This document shows positions 10,612 to 24,604 of a DNA stretch of 64,000 nt, piece by piece. This DNA comes from Novakomyces olei (taxonomy: Eukaryota). The position numbers and the translations under genes are program-made. The stretch's first letter is position 1; each line of letters begins with the position of its first letter. The notes under the pieces are model-generated. The model did not search any database and was not told the origin of the DNA. It saw nothing but the letters and a program-made list of their open reading frames with translations. Location: assembly GCA_016906335.1 (NCBI GenBank), contig JADEYG010000004.1, positions 1,240,001 to 1,304,000 on the forward strand, in the 5' to 3' direction.

Positions 10612-12081
10612 ATGCGAGGACTGCGGCGGGCGTGCAAGCTCGCTCAGACCGTTGGCGGCAATGCGTATAGACGGTACAGCCAGGCGGCATTGCAGCACGC
10701 ATTTGCCTTTGAGTATCCCAAATTTTAAGCAGATTATTGGTCTAATTGCCTCAGCGTGGATGGTGTTTTACTGAAAGGCGGTGAACCCATTCCCGGCGCT
10801 ACAGAGACGTGGGTCCCGCTGGTTTGCGACTGCTAATGCGCTATATAGCCTGAACTTTTTGAAGGAAAACCGTGCATCTTTCATTCTGCTCACTAATGGT
10901 GGCGGGAAACCGGAGCGCGAAAGGGTCGATGAACTGTCACACCGTTTAGACACAGAGGTACCTCCTGTTACTGATTTAGAGGGGATCGTGACGACTGACT
11001 CGCTCGCAGATTCAGATCGATCAGTTCATCCAGAGCCATACGCCGTTCCAATCGATGCACGACCAGTTTAAACACGTGCTCATTCTGGGCGGAATGCCGA
11101 CACGAGTTCGCAGTATAGCGGAAAGGTATAATGCTTTTGCTTGTTCTAATAGTACCTCGCTCTACCCGGACCAAAGGCCTCTACGATTGCTTAGAGTAGC
11201 GGTGAATAAGCGTTTGCTAATGTACAGTTATGGGTTCAAAAGCGTGGTCACTTCGCTCGATATTATTGCAAAGCTTCCACATCTCTGGCCGTTCAACAAG
11301 TACGTATTCCTCTCCTGAAACTACTCTAATTGCAGAACTTTTGAGACCGAATATAAACAGGCTCGCGATTTCGATGTTCAACGGCCCTTTGACGCCGTGT
11401 TCGTCTTTTGCGATCCCTTGTAAGTGGCGTTCTTCTATTAGCACTAAGCAATTCAAGTGATATGGGCCTAGAAATTCAAATCCTAATCGAATTGGCGTGC
11501 TCCAAGGGCGGGGTGCTTGGAACCGTGTCGGAAACGTACCGCGAAGGGCCGCCTCTATTTTTTTCAAAGTATGAGTGATGCCAGTCCTGAGTTTTCGTTT
11601 AACGCTTTCTTTATTCAAACCAGGCTCTTTTAGTCCAGTCGTCAATGGGTCTCACTAATCTTTCAGTCCCGATCTTCTCTGGGCCAACCAGTATCCCGTC
11701 CCACGTCTTGGCCAGGGCGCTTTCCAAGCTGCAGTGTCCGCTATCTACGGAGCCATTAGTAAAGGCGGCAACTTGAGCGATTTGAAAGCAACTATTATCG
11801 GAAAGCCCTCCAAGTTTACGTACGATTATGCGTCACGTGTGCTGAACGACTATAACAAACTCCTTTCGCCAGAAGCACGACCGCTCGAGCGTGTCTACAT
11901 GGTTGGCGATAACCCAGCAAGTGATATATGTGGTGCTAATCAGTACGGATGGTACTCGATGCTAGTACGAACAGGAGTCTTTCGTGGGGCTGAGAATAGC
12001 AGCGAGTTTCCTGCCCGTCAGGTGTGCAAGGATGTACACGAGGCAGTGCAGCTTGCATTTGAACTGAGCAATCAGTCATGA
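10612..12081 (+). CDS. HAD-superfamily IIA hydrolase, CECR5/HDHD5-like, probably mitochondrial; 7 introns
   Basis: Spliced motifs AFAFD/VDGVL, LLTNGGG, FIQSHTP, N/PDLLWA, RLGQGAF, GKPS and YMVGDNPASDI. Arg-rich N-terminus. Confidence 0.9.
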
Positions 12082-12355
12082 AACAAGTATAGAAGCAATT
12101 GAAGGCCTAGATTTTGTCACTGATATATATTTAATTTCTAGATTTATAGACACAATCGAACTGGCGTTGGACCAGTCTTCCAACTAATTTCATTTCTTTC
12201 CGTAAGATGCAATTGGACTATGCTTCCACCATTTGGCAGCAGTATGTGTGATAAACTCGCCGGCAATAAAAAATACACAAGGTTCTGAAAAAGTTACATA
12301 CAAATATATGATACAGTGCGACAAAAATACAATTTGCAATAAAAATTATAAAAAG

Positions 12356-12442
12356 TTCGGATACCGGGACTCGAACCCGGGTCACGCGTGAATTCTTCAA
12401 ATCAATGAGAGACGCGGATCATAACCCCTAGACCATATCCGA
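12356..12442 (-). tRNA. tRNA-Glu (CTC) with a 15-nt intron (12391-12405)
   Basis: Acceptor stem TCGGATA/TATCCGA. Anticodon stem CGCGT/ACGCG with loop CT-CTC-A^C. T-arm CCGGG-TTCGAGT-CCCGG. T5 Pol III terminator just downstream. Confidence 0.95.
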
Positions 12443-12557
12443 TTTATCTAGGCCACTAAGCGTTAGAGACTAGTAGATCTTACAATAAATAATATATATA
12501 ATACAAAAAGCAATTTCATTAATTAAATGACAAATTGCAGGCCCACGCTTGGCCGTC

Positions 12558-14810
12558 ATGGATGACGAGCGTACGAAGCGATACGACCGGTATGAATTCG
12601 CGCCTTCAAATGACTTATATTAAGGCAACTCCGGCTCTGGGCAGCCAATGGACAAAAGGCGTTAGAAGAATCGCATGTATGCCTCATTGGCGCTACGGTT
12701 GTCGGCTCTGAGGTTCTTAAGAATTTGGTCTTGCCAGGTAAAGATGATCGCTTCAAAAGGACAAAGGATTTAAACTGTCATACGCGAGCAAAAATATTCA
12801 TGGTATTTGTTTCTAACAGAATTAAGGCATTGGACAATTTACTGTAATAGATGACGGGAATGTTACGCTTTCTGATGTTGGATCCAATTTCTTTCTAGAT
12901 CAATCTGCCATCGGCCAGCCACGATCTTCAAGCCTCGTTTCTTTACTGCAAGAGCTTAACGCTGATGTTAAAGCAAATGCAATAGTAAAGGTAAATACAA
13001 TTTTATTTTGGTAGTGTGTGTCTAACACGAACAGGACCCATCTGATTTAATATCGTCAGATATTGAACATTTCGCGCAATACGATGCGGTTGTTGTTACA
13101 ACTTTGGGGCTTAAGGGTTTGGAAAAATTGGCGCGTAAATTATACGATCTCAATATACCCATTCTACTCGCTCAGTCAGTGGGCTTTTTTGGGTATCTTC
13201 GTGTATCTGTTCCCGAAACTTGCGGTAAGACTATGCATGATTAAATTAGGATGATTTTTTAATTCTGATTGAATAGTCGTTGAAACGCACGAAGAAGCAA
13301 TCAGTGATCTTCGACTGGACGCGCCTTGGCCAGAACTAGACGCACTTGCTCAAGCAGTGGATATGGATAAATTAAGCTCAATTGACCATAATCATATACC
13401 CTTTGTGATTTTGATAATGCTGCATGTCAAAAAATTTGAAAGCGAGGTGTGGAAACGAAATTTGCTAATTTCTCTGACTTTTTATTTTGACGAGCATTTG
13501 CTCCTATGAACAAGCGACAGTTTAATTTTAGTAAAGCATTGAATAATATGCTTTTTATTTATGGAATACTTTTTTAAACTGATCCGCAATTTACCGTTTT
13601 TTTTTTTCAAATTTCCGCTTTAGCAGTTTAAACATTATGCTAACGGCAGTATGGCAAATATCCCGTAACATTTGACGACAGGTCGAAACTAAAAGAAATG
13701 CTTCACAAAAGCATGAGAGAACCAGGACAAGAAAACTTTGAGGAAGCTATTGCGGCAGTGAGGCGACTTGTAAACAAATCTAAAGTACGTTACTCTCTGA
13801 TTTGCTTTTCTTACAATTAGGTCCCTGACGGAATAAACGAGCTGTTCAAGGACGAAAAATGTATAAATTTAACAAAAGATTCAACAAAATTTTGGATCAT
13901 GATTAGTGCTTTAAGCGATTTTGTCAAAGAAAACCCTCAAAATTTGCTGCCTCTTTCGGGGACTATACCCGACATGAAATCCGACTCCAAATCTTACGTT
14001 GAACTTTTGAATACGTAAGTTTTAATCAGTTATATCGAATTCTTTTATTGATCACGTCAAGATACCGGCAAAAGGCGACAGATGATAGAAAGAAATTCAC
14101 GGGGTTTCTGCACAAGCGTTGCCGTGATTTGGAGGTACCGGTGGACGCCTTCCCAGACGAAGAGGTGGCATCTTTTTGTAAGAATTGCGCTCATTTGATT
14201 GTGCTACGATACTCGTCAGTTGCGGATGAATATTTCAGCAATAAACCGCCAAAAGGTAGGAAAAGAATCAATAACAATGTGGAGGGAGCAGTGTTCAGTT
14301 TACTCTTAATAATAAAAGGGATCTATGAAACCATATTATATAAGTACTAAATACTCAGTGGATTTCAACCTCGGTGATCTGGCCTACTTGTACGTGGCTT
14401 TTTATGCATTGGAGAAGTTCGTTGAAGAAAATGCTCGATTACCGGGCGTTGCTGAGGATAGTGCTGCATCAGACAGTTTAGCCCTTGAAAAACTTGCCCG
14501 TCAACTTTTTATTTTCCCGGATTGCCCCGAGCAATTGTCAAAGTACTGCAGAGAAATGTAAGTAGATAAATATCGTTCAGTGCGCAACAGAGCCTAATAA
14601 AACAGATGCCGGTGCGGTGGCCAAGAGTTACACAACATATCTGCTTTTATTGGAGGCGTGGCAGCTCAAGAAATTATCAAGGTACGTGCCCAACTCGTCC
14701 AATGATTTAAATGATTGACATACTAGACAATTACAAAACAATACGTTCCGCTTATGAATACATGCGTTTACGACGGAGTTTCAAGCACTACGCTTACGCT
14801 AAAGATTTAG
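12558..14810 (+). CDS. ULA1: NEDD8/Rub1-activating enzyme E1 regulatory subunit (APPBP1/Ula1); about 10 introns
   Basis: Spliced [80 protein letters not shown] and KQYVP. TAG at 14808-14810. Confidence 0.93.
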
Positions 14811-14992
14811 GTGCGGGAGATGTTTGTAGTGAGGAATTATTCTCAATTTTATTGATATATATATAAGTGTATAATATTTTGCAACGATTTTCATATAACC
14901 CGTTAATGCCGTAACTTTTCCAATGTTTCATTAAACCTTTATTCTTGTCAAAAACTCTTTCTCTTTTCCTCCACCGTGCGTTTTTGCATCAT

Positions 14993-17617
14993 TCAAGACG
15001 CCTGTTCTTGCGCTTTAGGCCCTTTGCCCTTTCGATAGAAGCGTTCGTCTTCAGGATTAAACCCTCCGTTTCCGAAAACAGCAAATCTGTGTATTAGCAA
15101 GTGAGATTAACCAACTCGTAATCATGAAATAAAAAAATAAAAAAATAAAAAAATAAAAAAATAAAAAAATAAAAAAATAAAAAAATAAAAAAATAAAAAA
15201 ATAAAAAAATAAAAAAATAAAAAAATAAAAAAATAAAAAAATAAAAAAATAAAAAAATAAAAAAAAATAAAAAAATAAATAGTATTTGTTTTATTATTAG
15301 TATTCTGTATTTAATTTTTCATTTCAGTTCTCTGTCTTTTTGCCACTTACTCTGGTGTGGGTGCCATGTAATCCTCCGGCCCAAATTCTTTACCCGCCTC
15401 CAACAACTCAAAGAAGCGATCGTAATCAATATGCGTGTGCCATACGCCGTTGACGCGAAACCTTTTTTGTGCCAGTAACAAGCAGTTACTGTGTGCATGT
15501 TCCGTAGCAATTTCGTATCCGTACAGTTCGTCATCAGCATCGCTGCCCTTTTCCCTGTTTAATTCGTTTTTCAGGGCGGTCACAAACTGCACTACATCCT
15601 CGTAGTAGGGAACGTTTTGCATGGTGAGAGGAGAAGCGTCCGACCTGCCACAGTAAGTGACGCCCTTGACCTCTATGAAACAGGGTCTGCCCTTGCGGAC
15701 AAGTTCAGCGTACTCTTGCACTTGTTCCATATTAAAAGACTTGACCAAGGTCAGTCGGTAAACCGTGCGCTGCCGTTTACGAGCCAGAATAGCAATACAC
15801 TCCATAAACCTCTCCCAAAAATCTCGAAAGAGCGGCCGATCAACGCGCTTTAAACTGTCCTTTGTACTGGCGTCAATACTGATGTACAGCTGTGTAACCA
15901 TAGACATACGGGCAAGTGCCTCTGGATGCTGAGCATTCGTGACGAGGAAACTGCTAATGTGCCGGCTGTGTAACATGTCCACAAACTCATTAATATAAGG
16001 GTAAAAAATGGGTTCGCCGACAAGCGAAAGTGCGCAATGACGTATCGTCGACGCCTCCGCAAACCGCTCAGGCCGTACTCCCGGAACTGCCTTCATCAGC
16101 TGTATCTTTTTCAAGTGGCCCTCAATGGCTCCCTGCAAAATGACTTCAGGAGGGTCCACCTTCCAGCGCCACTCTGTGCCCACAGGGTTGGTCCCGTGCC
16201 GCCAGCAAAATGTACATTTATTAGCGCAGGCAAGGCTCGGTGTCGTCTCCATACACAAATGGCTTTTAATGCCGTAAAAGCTATACTTGTAGCAACTGCC
16301 ACGGCCACGTAGGGCAGATTTTGTCCATCTACAAAGCTTTACTCCCGAATGAGTGCCTACGATAGTGTAACCCTGCTTTGTAAGCGCATTGTACGTGTGC
16401 GATTGTGGTGCCACCATCTCTTTTGCCTCTGTTCCAGACGCAAGACTCTGGTCCTTGTCCTTTTTGGCTCGGGCCATTACGGACCCGATATCCTCTACGT
16501 CTACTACGGAAGAGCTCTGCTTGCCGGCAGTGGGAGAAGAAGCGTCGTCCTCAGCCGAAGACGAAGAACTGCTCTCCTCTTCGTCCTCGTCGGCGGAGGA
16601 AAGAGCCGGTACGCCGACAGGGTCGAGTATAATATCACGAAGCCCGTCTGCCCACAGCGCCAAAGTCGTATCAAACTGTGCGGAACAAGAGTCAATAGCC
16701 GCCGGCGGAGTGAGCCTTTGGGCCCCGAGGGCACTGAGCCAGCGGTCCACGAGCATTGCTTGGTAGCAAAACTTTTTCCCCGGGTACGATTGCTTGTCGC
16801 CCAGACCAAGTACGGCAAAGGCGCCGATAGCGGCGAGCGGGTGGTGGCCCACCCGGAAATCGCTGTGTGTGTCACGCAGCGACTGGATGAAGTAATCCAG
16901 AGGCGATTCCGTCTCGTAGCTCGGCACAACGAGGATGTAGATCCTTTTACTCGCTTCCTGAGCGTCCAATGGCGATACAAAGTACTCGTCCAAGTCTTCC
17001 ACGTAATCAATGTTTTGCACACGACTCGGCAGCGATAAAATAGGGTTTAGCGCCTGCTGCACTTTGTACGCACACGCTTCTGACGTGCCCGTTAGCGTAG
17101 AGAAAAATATAAAGACCCGTGCCTCTTTTGCTGAAGGCAACTCTACTTGTCTGCCAGTCCCCGAACCAGCGGCAATTGGTACAGTACTGTTTGCACTATT
17201 AGCACTGTTTGCACTATTAGTACTAGTAGCATTGTTATCACTATTAAAAGCGCGCCTCTCGGGGCTCTGAGCCAGGCTTGATCCACGCGCCGCTTGCCTT
17301 TTCTTTACTTTTGCGTTCGCTACAAACTTTCGTGGCTGCCGCTTCGAACTGGGACTGAGAGCGCTGCGGCTGCCGCTTTTAGTCTCGGCCTTAGTCTCTG
17401 TCAGTCCCCGACTGCCAGAGCGGCGCTGCCCGTTCAAACTGCCGCTCTTTTCATAGGCAGTTTTAGCTGTCTCCCTGTTTGACTGCTCTTCCATTGCCGC
17501 CTCCCTGCGCCATTGATAGGCGACGTACGCTATCCACACGGCCGCACAAGAATAAAGTAGTGCACGAGACACGGCAGCCGTGCCGGGGGCACTGCCGCCT
17601 GCAGCTCGGGCCCACAT
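14993..17617 (-). CDS. TYW1: tRNA wybutosine synthesis radical-SAM protein; intron 15087-15350
   Basis: N-terminal hydrophobic anchor, flavodoxin-like domain, CANKCTFC (CxxxCxxC), HSGVKLCRWTK and HCALSLVGEP. Last exon FAVFGNGGFNPEDERF ends in TGA. Confidence 0.95.
15127..15280. repeat. (AAAAAAT)n repeat inside the TYW1 intron
   Basis: Read directly. Confidence 0.95.
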
Positions 17618-17695
17618 GGTCTAGTGGCTTTTTTTTGATTCGTGGATTATACAATTTTTTTGACACTTGTCGGCTCACGATAAATGTATATACTA

Positions 17696-17747
<52 letters not shown>
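17696..17747. repeat. (TTA)n microsatellite upstream of TYW1
   Basis: Read directly. Confidence 0.95.
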
Positions 17748-18302
17748 TACCGTGCAATGTATAGACACGAAATATTTTTAGTGCCAGTGGGTCATTTATT
17801 AGTATAATACGTGTGCGATAATAAGCAAATTGGCTGCTACAAAGTTTGAGCTTTAGAGCTATTAGCTATTAGAGCTTTCAGAGATTCCAGCTATTTATTA
17901 TTTATTATTTATTATTTATTATTTATTATTTATTATTTATTATTTATTATGAACCCTTTTCATGTCCAATATTTATTACGGCGATGTGCAAATAATAGTG
18001 CCCTTGGTTTAGTTTATACCATAGAGCACTTAATATAGGACGATTATAAAAGTACGGCCTTGTCCAGGGCATAGGGCTATCGTATACGATATAGGGCACA
18101 TTTTTATTGGGCAAATAAATACAAATCAGGGCAGTACCATACATAAACCAATGATAATAATACATAAAATACGAAAGCGTCCAATCAAAATCATCATCCT
18201 GTAGCCTAAACGACTCGTCGTACTTATTATCATACACAATTGTCACTATTAATACCTGCCTCACTACGAAATGAAGTCTGTTGCGATACTGCCAAATCAG
18301 TA

Positions 18303-20883
18303 TTAGGGAATCCAGATTCTGCTGTAGCTCTCTACCGACCGCCGACAGCAAGGGCATCCGGAAAATTGGTGCATGCTCAATTGGTCCCGACAATCGTCGC
18401 ACATGACTAGACACCTGAACGGTTAGATCAGTTGTAAAGATTTAATAAAGCTTAGAAATTAGAGTGTAGAAATAAAAGTAAATAAAAATATAGAAATAAA
18501 AGTATAGAAATTAAGTAAAGATCGGAAATTTATAAAGAGTAGAATTTAACCATAGTTTAAGAGATAGCTAATAAAAAGGAGAAAGCATAAATAAATAAGA
18601 GCGATATAAAGAAACTATCGAACAAACCCAAAACAAAAATACAGATAAGCATTTGACATTTTCTTAAAAGGAATCAAACCAAAAAGACAGTGGTAGAGAC
18701 ACCTACCTGCAAGGCCACAGAATAATATTCCTCGGATTCGTGTGGCAAATGACACAGACTGCGCTAGTAGCAGCTGGCTCCTCAAACCCAAAAGCATCCG
18801 AACTCTGAGCAGCCGGCACTGCTTTTGTCTTCGCCGCCGCTCTACGCGTTTCTACAAAGGCTTGTAAACTCTGTGGATCGTGCTCCGACCTTAATCGGCC
18901 ACCTACATTATTGCCCTGCGCGAAAAAAGACCAGACTGACGTCACGTCCGGGAACAATTCTTCCAGTGGCACGGGCGAGTCTCTATTGTTCTCTTCGCTT
19001 GCCATTACGGATTCAGTATCGCTATTCTCCACATCCTCAGGGACATAATCCGTATCGTTGGTGATCTCTTCCGGAAGAGGCGCGCCGGTAATGAAAGCCT
19101 GATATAGAGAATCCTCGTCCCATTCCGGCGCAGCTGTAGAGTCAGACGCAGTTTGTTTTCCTCTTAAGCGAACTAGCAAGCGTGCAACGAAGCTGCTCAA
19201 GATCAGTCGTAAAACCTGCCATGTCCTCCGTAGCAGATCAAAGGTAATCTCAAACGGACCCCGAGGCCGAGCACGGCCGGCAGCAGGAATCCGAGGAGAC
19301 TGCCGCTGCACAGCAAATCCATTGACGCCGCCAGAGACGGATGACTCGTCATTGTCCAAGTAATCTTCTGGCAGTGCACGAATGTCCACGGCTTGTGTAA
19401 GCAATGCAGTTTCCTTGGCCTGTTTAAGCGCGACCTCGGCCCATGTATTAAGGACTTTGAAAAAGTCGTCTTCCGCTGTTATATGGAACATTTGATGGTC
19501 AAAGAAATTCACGCGCAAATTGTCCACTCCTCCTGCAAACCATCGGGCCATCAGCGAAGCCATTGAACACACTCCAATAACTACGAGTGTAAACATATAC
19601 GGCAGCCAGCTGAGGGTTAGCATCTAGGCGCAATAATCGAGTCCTTTTTTTTTCATATTTTTTTTTTCATATTTTTATCATATAATTATATAATTGTTTT
19701 TTTACTGTATTAGTTTGTTATTATTTTATATCGGTTTGTTTCATTATTTTGATGTCTCATTTCTTTTTACTTACTGAATCACAACGGAAAACGGTAGGCT
19801 TAGCCTGCCTTGTAAAGCCCAGTATGAAAAACAGGCGAGAAAAGCGAGGCCATTCACACACGAAACAAGTAATCGTAACCGCTGAACTTTGAATAACTGT
19901 ATTAATTGATTAGAAAGGCAACTGGTAGCCTTGAAGGCAGCAAAAACTGCGAGTTCCGGGCTCTGCGGGGACACTAGACTCTCCAAAAGCGCCATACTGA
20001 TTTGAATTAGAAGACAATACTATACCCCATAACTTACCTTGTCTCTGGCAGAACCGGGACAATGAAATCACCTCTATCCTGGACTTCAACGCTAAAGCTG
20101 ATCGTGTCGACAATAGTCACAAAGTACAAAGTCTTGAACATCGCCCAAAATATATCGGCATGGAAAGGCTGTGCCACTATAAACGAGGGGATAAAAGGCG
20201 CTAAAGCAGGAAACTCTGTTTTAATAATACCCCAGGCCCATAAAAAATTGTAGAAAAGCAATGCTAACGGAATGGCTCTCAGAGCCAAACGTTTAGGGAA
20301 ATCCAGGGCCACTGGCTGCCTTGACCATGCATAGACAAATATGCGACTAACAATGATGTTCTGCGAGGCAATAAGTATACAGATTTGGTCAAAGGAAAGA
20401 CGTGTCAATTTCTGACTCTGGACAAATAGCGAATCGAACCAAAGGAGTGGCATGGAAATAAAAAGAAAATCAAAAATACAATAAATAACCACCATAATCA
20501 ACAACAAATCTCAAATTTCAAGCGTTGATAGCCGAACAAACCCAGTAAATATTCAAAATACAGATCAAATGAGGCTTCCATACCATTAACTGCAGAGACC
20601 AGGCCATACCGGCCAAGCGCATTTTGATCGTAATTATTTCCTTTGCATCGGCAGCGGCCGCAGCAGCTGCAGAATTAGCTACGGCCGCCTGGTCTATAAA
20701 CCCCGGACGGTAAGCGTTCCAAGCACGTGACGGAGCCGTCAATGCCCATTGCATTGCACGATTTGAAGTCGCTCTACGCACTAAAGCCGTACGACTGACC
20801 GCCTCCCTGACCGGCCGGATGTATGTTCTCCATCCGTTTCCGATAGAGGGATGCGCCTGGTAGAAAGAGGCATTAGCCTCCAT
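18303..20883 (-). CDS. Asi1/Asi3-like multi-TM RING-finger E3 ligase; about 4 introns
   Basis: N-terminal TM segments. C-terminal RING CVICHTNPRNIILWPCR/CLVMCDDCR...CPCCRRSVESYSRIWIP is joined across an intron. TAA at 18303-18305. Confidence 0.8.
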
Positions 20884-21035
20884 TGTGAAGCAAATGCAAA
20901 TCTATTTTCCGCCCTTTTGTTCCTCTTTAATCAAGATCCACTCAGCAGTGAAAGGACTCCATGAGCCGTTACCTTCACGTGGCTGTTGTCATGATATGAC
21001 AATTGATCATATATAATACTCGTATGGGTTAAGTC

Positions 21036-21329
<294 letters not shown>

Positions 21330-21615
21330 CAACTACAATATTCACGGGCTGGAATTGCACTTACAATCCGTACATATAATCTCCTATACATAAAGTCTAA
21401 TGTATAGGAATATAAAAAGGGGATATAAAAAGAAGGCACAATTATCATTAGAATCCTTATCATACTGGCATTTGGCATTGCGAGGGCACTGCGTGAGTGG
21501 CATCTATACTGTATTTAAATATTAAACTACGCAATTATAACAATGAATACCAATGACAGTGGGAGGCAGCCCACGACCGAAAAAAAAAAAAAAAACATAG
21601 AGACTATACATCTAT

Positions 21616-23985
21616 CTATACGAGTTCGCGCTTAGACTTGCCCGGCAACTCGTGGTCCAGGCCAAGGTACAAGAAATCGTCCCAAGGGTGGCGGTACAGG
21701 GAGGAGCGCAGACGCTTCTGGTCCAGGAAATGGCCAATAAGACCGATAGATCGGCCGAGGACAAACAGCCCGTTCAAGACGCCCATCTTGAGGTACTGTT
21801 CTGCCTCCTCAGTAGAAAATGCACCGCAATTGCGCAAAAGATCGACAAAACAAACAGCAATGCATCCGTCCACGTTAAGGATGAGGTTATCCTTTTTCGA
21901 AGTGGTGACCGACTCCACTGCCAATGCAAAATCGAGCAGTTTAGTGCTCGGGAAATGCTTCTGCACAAACTCCTTGACCAGCTCTACACGCAAGTCAGGA
22001 TTGTTGCGTGACTTTATGCGATGGCCAATGCCCGGGATTAGTTTGTTTTGCTTGCGCATATAGTCCACAAAGTACCGTGGCGACCAGCCGCGGTCATAAG
22101 CAGCGGAAAACTCTTCAGCGGCACCGTCCAGTGCGCCTCCAAAGCGAGTTCCGATAGTCAGCAGGCCCGCAACGAGAGAAGAGATAAGATCTTTGCCTGC
22201 TCGAGTAGTAATAATGGTATTCATTGCGCCAGAAACAGCAGGCCCATGGTCCGCTGTCATCATGAGCACCATCTCGAGGAACTTTGTAGCGTACGTGGGC
22301 AGACGGCGTTTGAACCAGAGCAAAGACATGACGCCTCCGATGCCGATATCTTCCTTGAAGACTTCAGAGATCGGCATCCCAGCGTACATGAGTTCCTGGC
22401 CACGATCGTCAGAGATGGTGGAGATGAAGGCGGCCGGTTTACGGATAAGCCCGAGCTCCTGAGCCCAGGCATAGTCCATTGGGATCTTGGGCACCTCAGG
22501 CTCCGGCTGTTCTACAATAGTGCCCGCCTCAACCAGCTTGCGATAAACACTACGCAGCAGTGTTGGCATTTCCTCAAAACTGTCAGGCACATGGATACCG
22601 ACTGCCCTCATTGCCGCGTTCTTGGCTGCTGCTGTTTCCAGGTCAGAATTGGCCATTGCACCAGCGTGGCCAAACTGCACTTCTGTCTTGAACATGGTGG
22701 CACAGGTGCCAATGGCCCAGGCGACAATGGGCTTTGTGATTGTGCCTGATTTGACGGCCTCGATTACACGGTACTCCTCAACGCCACCGACTTCGCCAAG
22801 CAGCAGCAGCATTTTACATTTAGGGTCGGCCTGGTACCGCAGCAAATGATCGATGAACGTAGTGCCGGGGTACCGATCGCCGCCGATAGCGATTCCCTCA
22901 TAGACACCGTCGGTGGTCTGGCTAATGATATTGTTCAGCTCGTTCGACATCCCACCAGACTTGGAGACGTATCCCACCGAGCCTGGCCGGTACAGCTTGG
23001 AGGCCTTGATGTTGTCCATCATGCCGCCCGTGTTGCCAATCTTGAAGCATCCGGGTTTGATGCCGCCCACTGGAGGTTAGAAGAAAAATTAAAAAGATTT
23101 AGAGACAAAAAGTAGGAAAAATGAAAAAAAAAAAACTAATAAAAAAATTAATAAAAAAATTAATAAAACTAATAAAAAAGGTAATAAAAAAATTAATAAA
23201 AAAATTAATTAAAAATCTAATTAAGAAACTAATTGGAAAATTAATAAAAAAAAAATTAATTAAGAAACCAATTGAAAAGTTAATTAAAAAAAACAAAAAA
23301 AAAAGAGACAACAGAAAGGCAATAGACAAGAATAAAACGACAACACCGCTCTCAATTCATAATCAATAAACCAAGCAGCCGAGCATAGCACACAACCCAA
23401 CTGCATAAACAAAAATCGTACCTGTTGCAGGACCAATGATGGTGGTGCCGGCGCGTTTAGCCTTGACCAGAATCTCACGCGCAGAGCGTTCAGGCACGCC
23501 TTCCGCGATAATAGCAATAGTCTATAGGTATTAGTGAGACATGGCTCTAGAGCGCAGCCACTTACTCTAATTTGCGGGTACTCGAGCAACTCCAGCGTGG
23601 AGGAGAGGACAGAGCGGGACGAGGCAAAATTAACGACCACGTCAGCGTCAGGGTGTTTAGCAACTGCCGCCTCCACAGTTTGGTAGTTTGGCAGAAGGAT
23701 TTCGCGAGTGCCCCAGTAGATCTTTGAGACAAAAGAGCCGCCAAACGGGTATATGACGGCCGCCACCGACGGCTGCTCGCGGCCACACATATAATCAAAA
23801 TCCAGCATGCCCTGTACTGCCTTTGGCTGCTGCCCGTACACAAAGGCACGTGTGTTCCGGTTGAACAGCTCATACGTGGGCGATGCCGGTGCCGCGCCGC
23901 CGCTCGATACTCTATAAATATTGTCGTCTGTTTGGTGTTAGCAAACTGCCCTGTAAACGCGCCAATTGCTCTTACTCGCCGACAT
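21616..23985 (-). CDS. ACL1: ATP-citrate lyase subunit 1 (CoA-binding, phospho-His and citrate-synthase-like domains); 3 introns
   Basis: Spliced start MSA/NDNI...[14 protein letters not shown], then [29 protein letters not shown] and LYRHPWDD. Confidence 0.96.
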
Positions 23986-24315
23986 GTTTGACCCTTCACT
24001 GCGCGTAAGTGTGGCGACAAGTCTGTTTTAATATTTTGTTGCTTTATTTTATTGCTTTATTTGCTTTATATTTGCTTTATATTTGCTTTGTATTTTGTGT
24101 TTTATATTGTTGTTTTATATTTTGTTTGCGCCTATTTGTAGTGTTTGCACTGCCAAACTGCCCCGTACAGCGAACACTTGCCGCCCGTGAGAATTGGTGC
24201 GCGCCGGCCACTGGTTACCTACACTGCACGCGTATTCCGTGCAAGTAAGCAAAGAGGACGCTGCGCGGGATACGTTGACAGAACCGTATCGGGAATTATT
24301 CGTCTCTCACCGAGA

Positions 24316-24452
24316 GTCTCACGCGATTCTCACGCGATTCTTACCAAAATTCTCACCCAGATTCTCACCCAGATTCTCACGCGATTCTCACGCGATTCTC
24401 ACGCGATTCTTACCCAGATTCTCACCCGCAATTCTCACCCGCAATTCTCACC
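24316..24452. repeat. 11-12-bp tandem repeat (gattctcacgc / gattctcaccca) in the ACL1-ACL2 divergent promoter
   Basis: About a dozen imperfect copies read directly. Confidence 0.9.
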
Positions 24453-24604
24453 TGTTTGTGGAGTCGTGAGAATGATTATCACCAACGCACATGTAAAATA
24501 TATATATAAATATATATAAACATATAAAATAGACACATAATATGTATATAATATATATAATATAAATATAAATTATATATTATTATATATAAATTGACGC
24601 CAAC

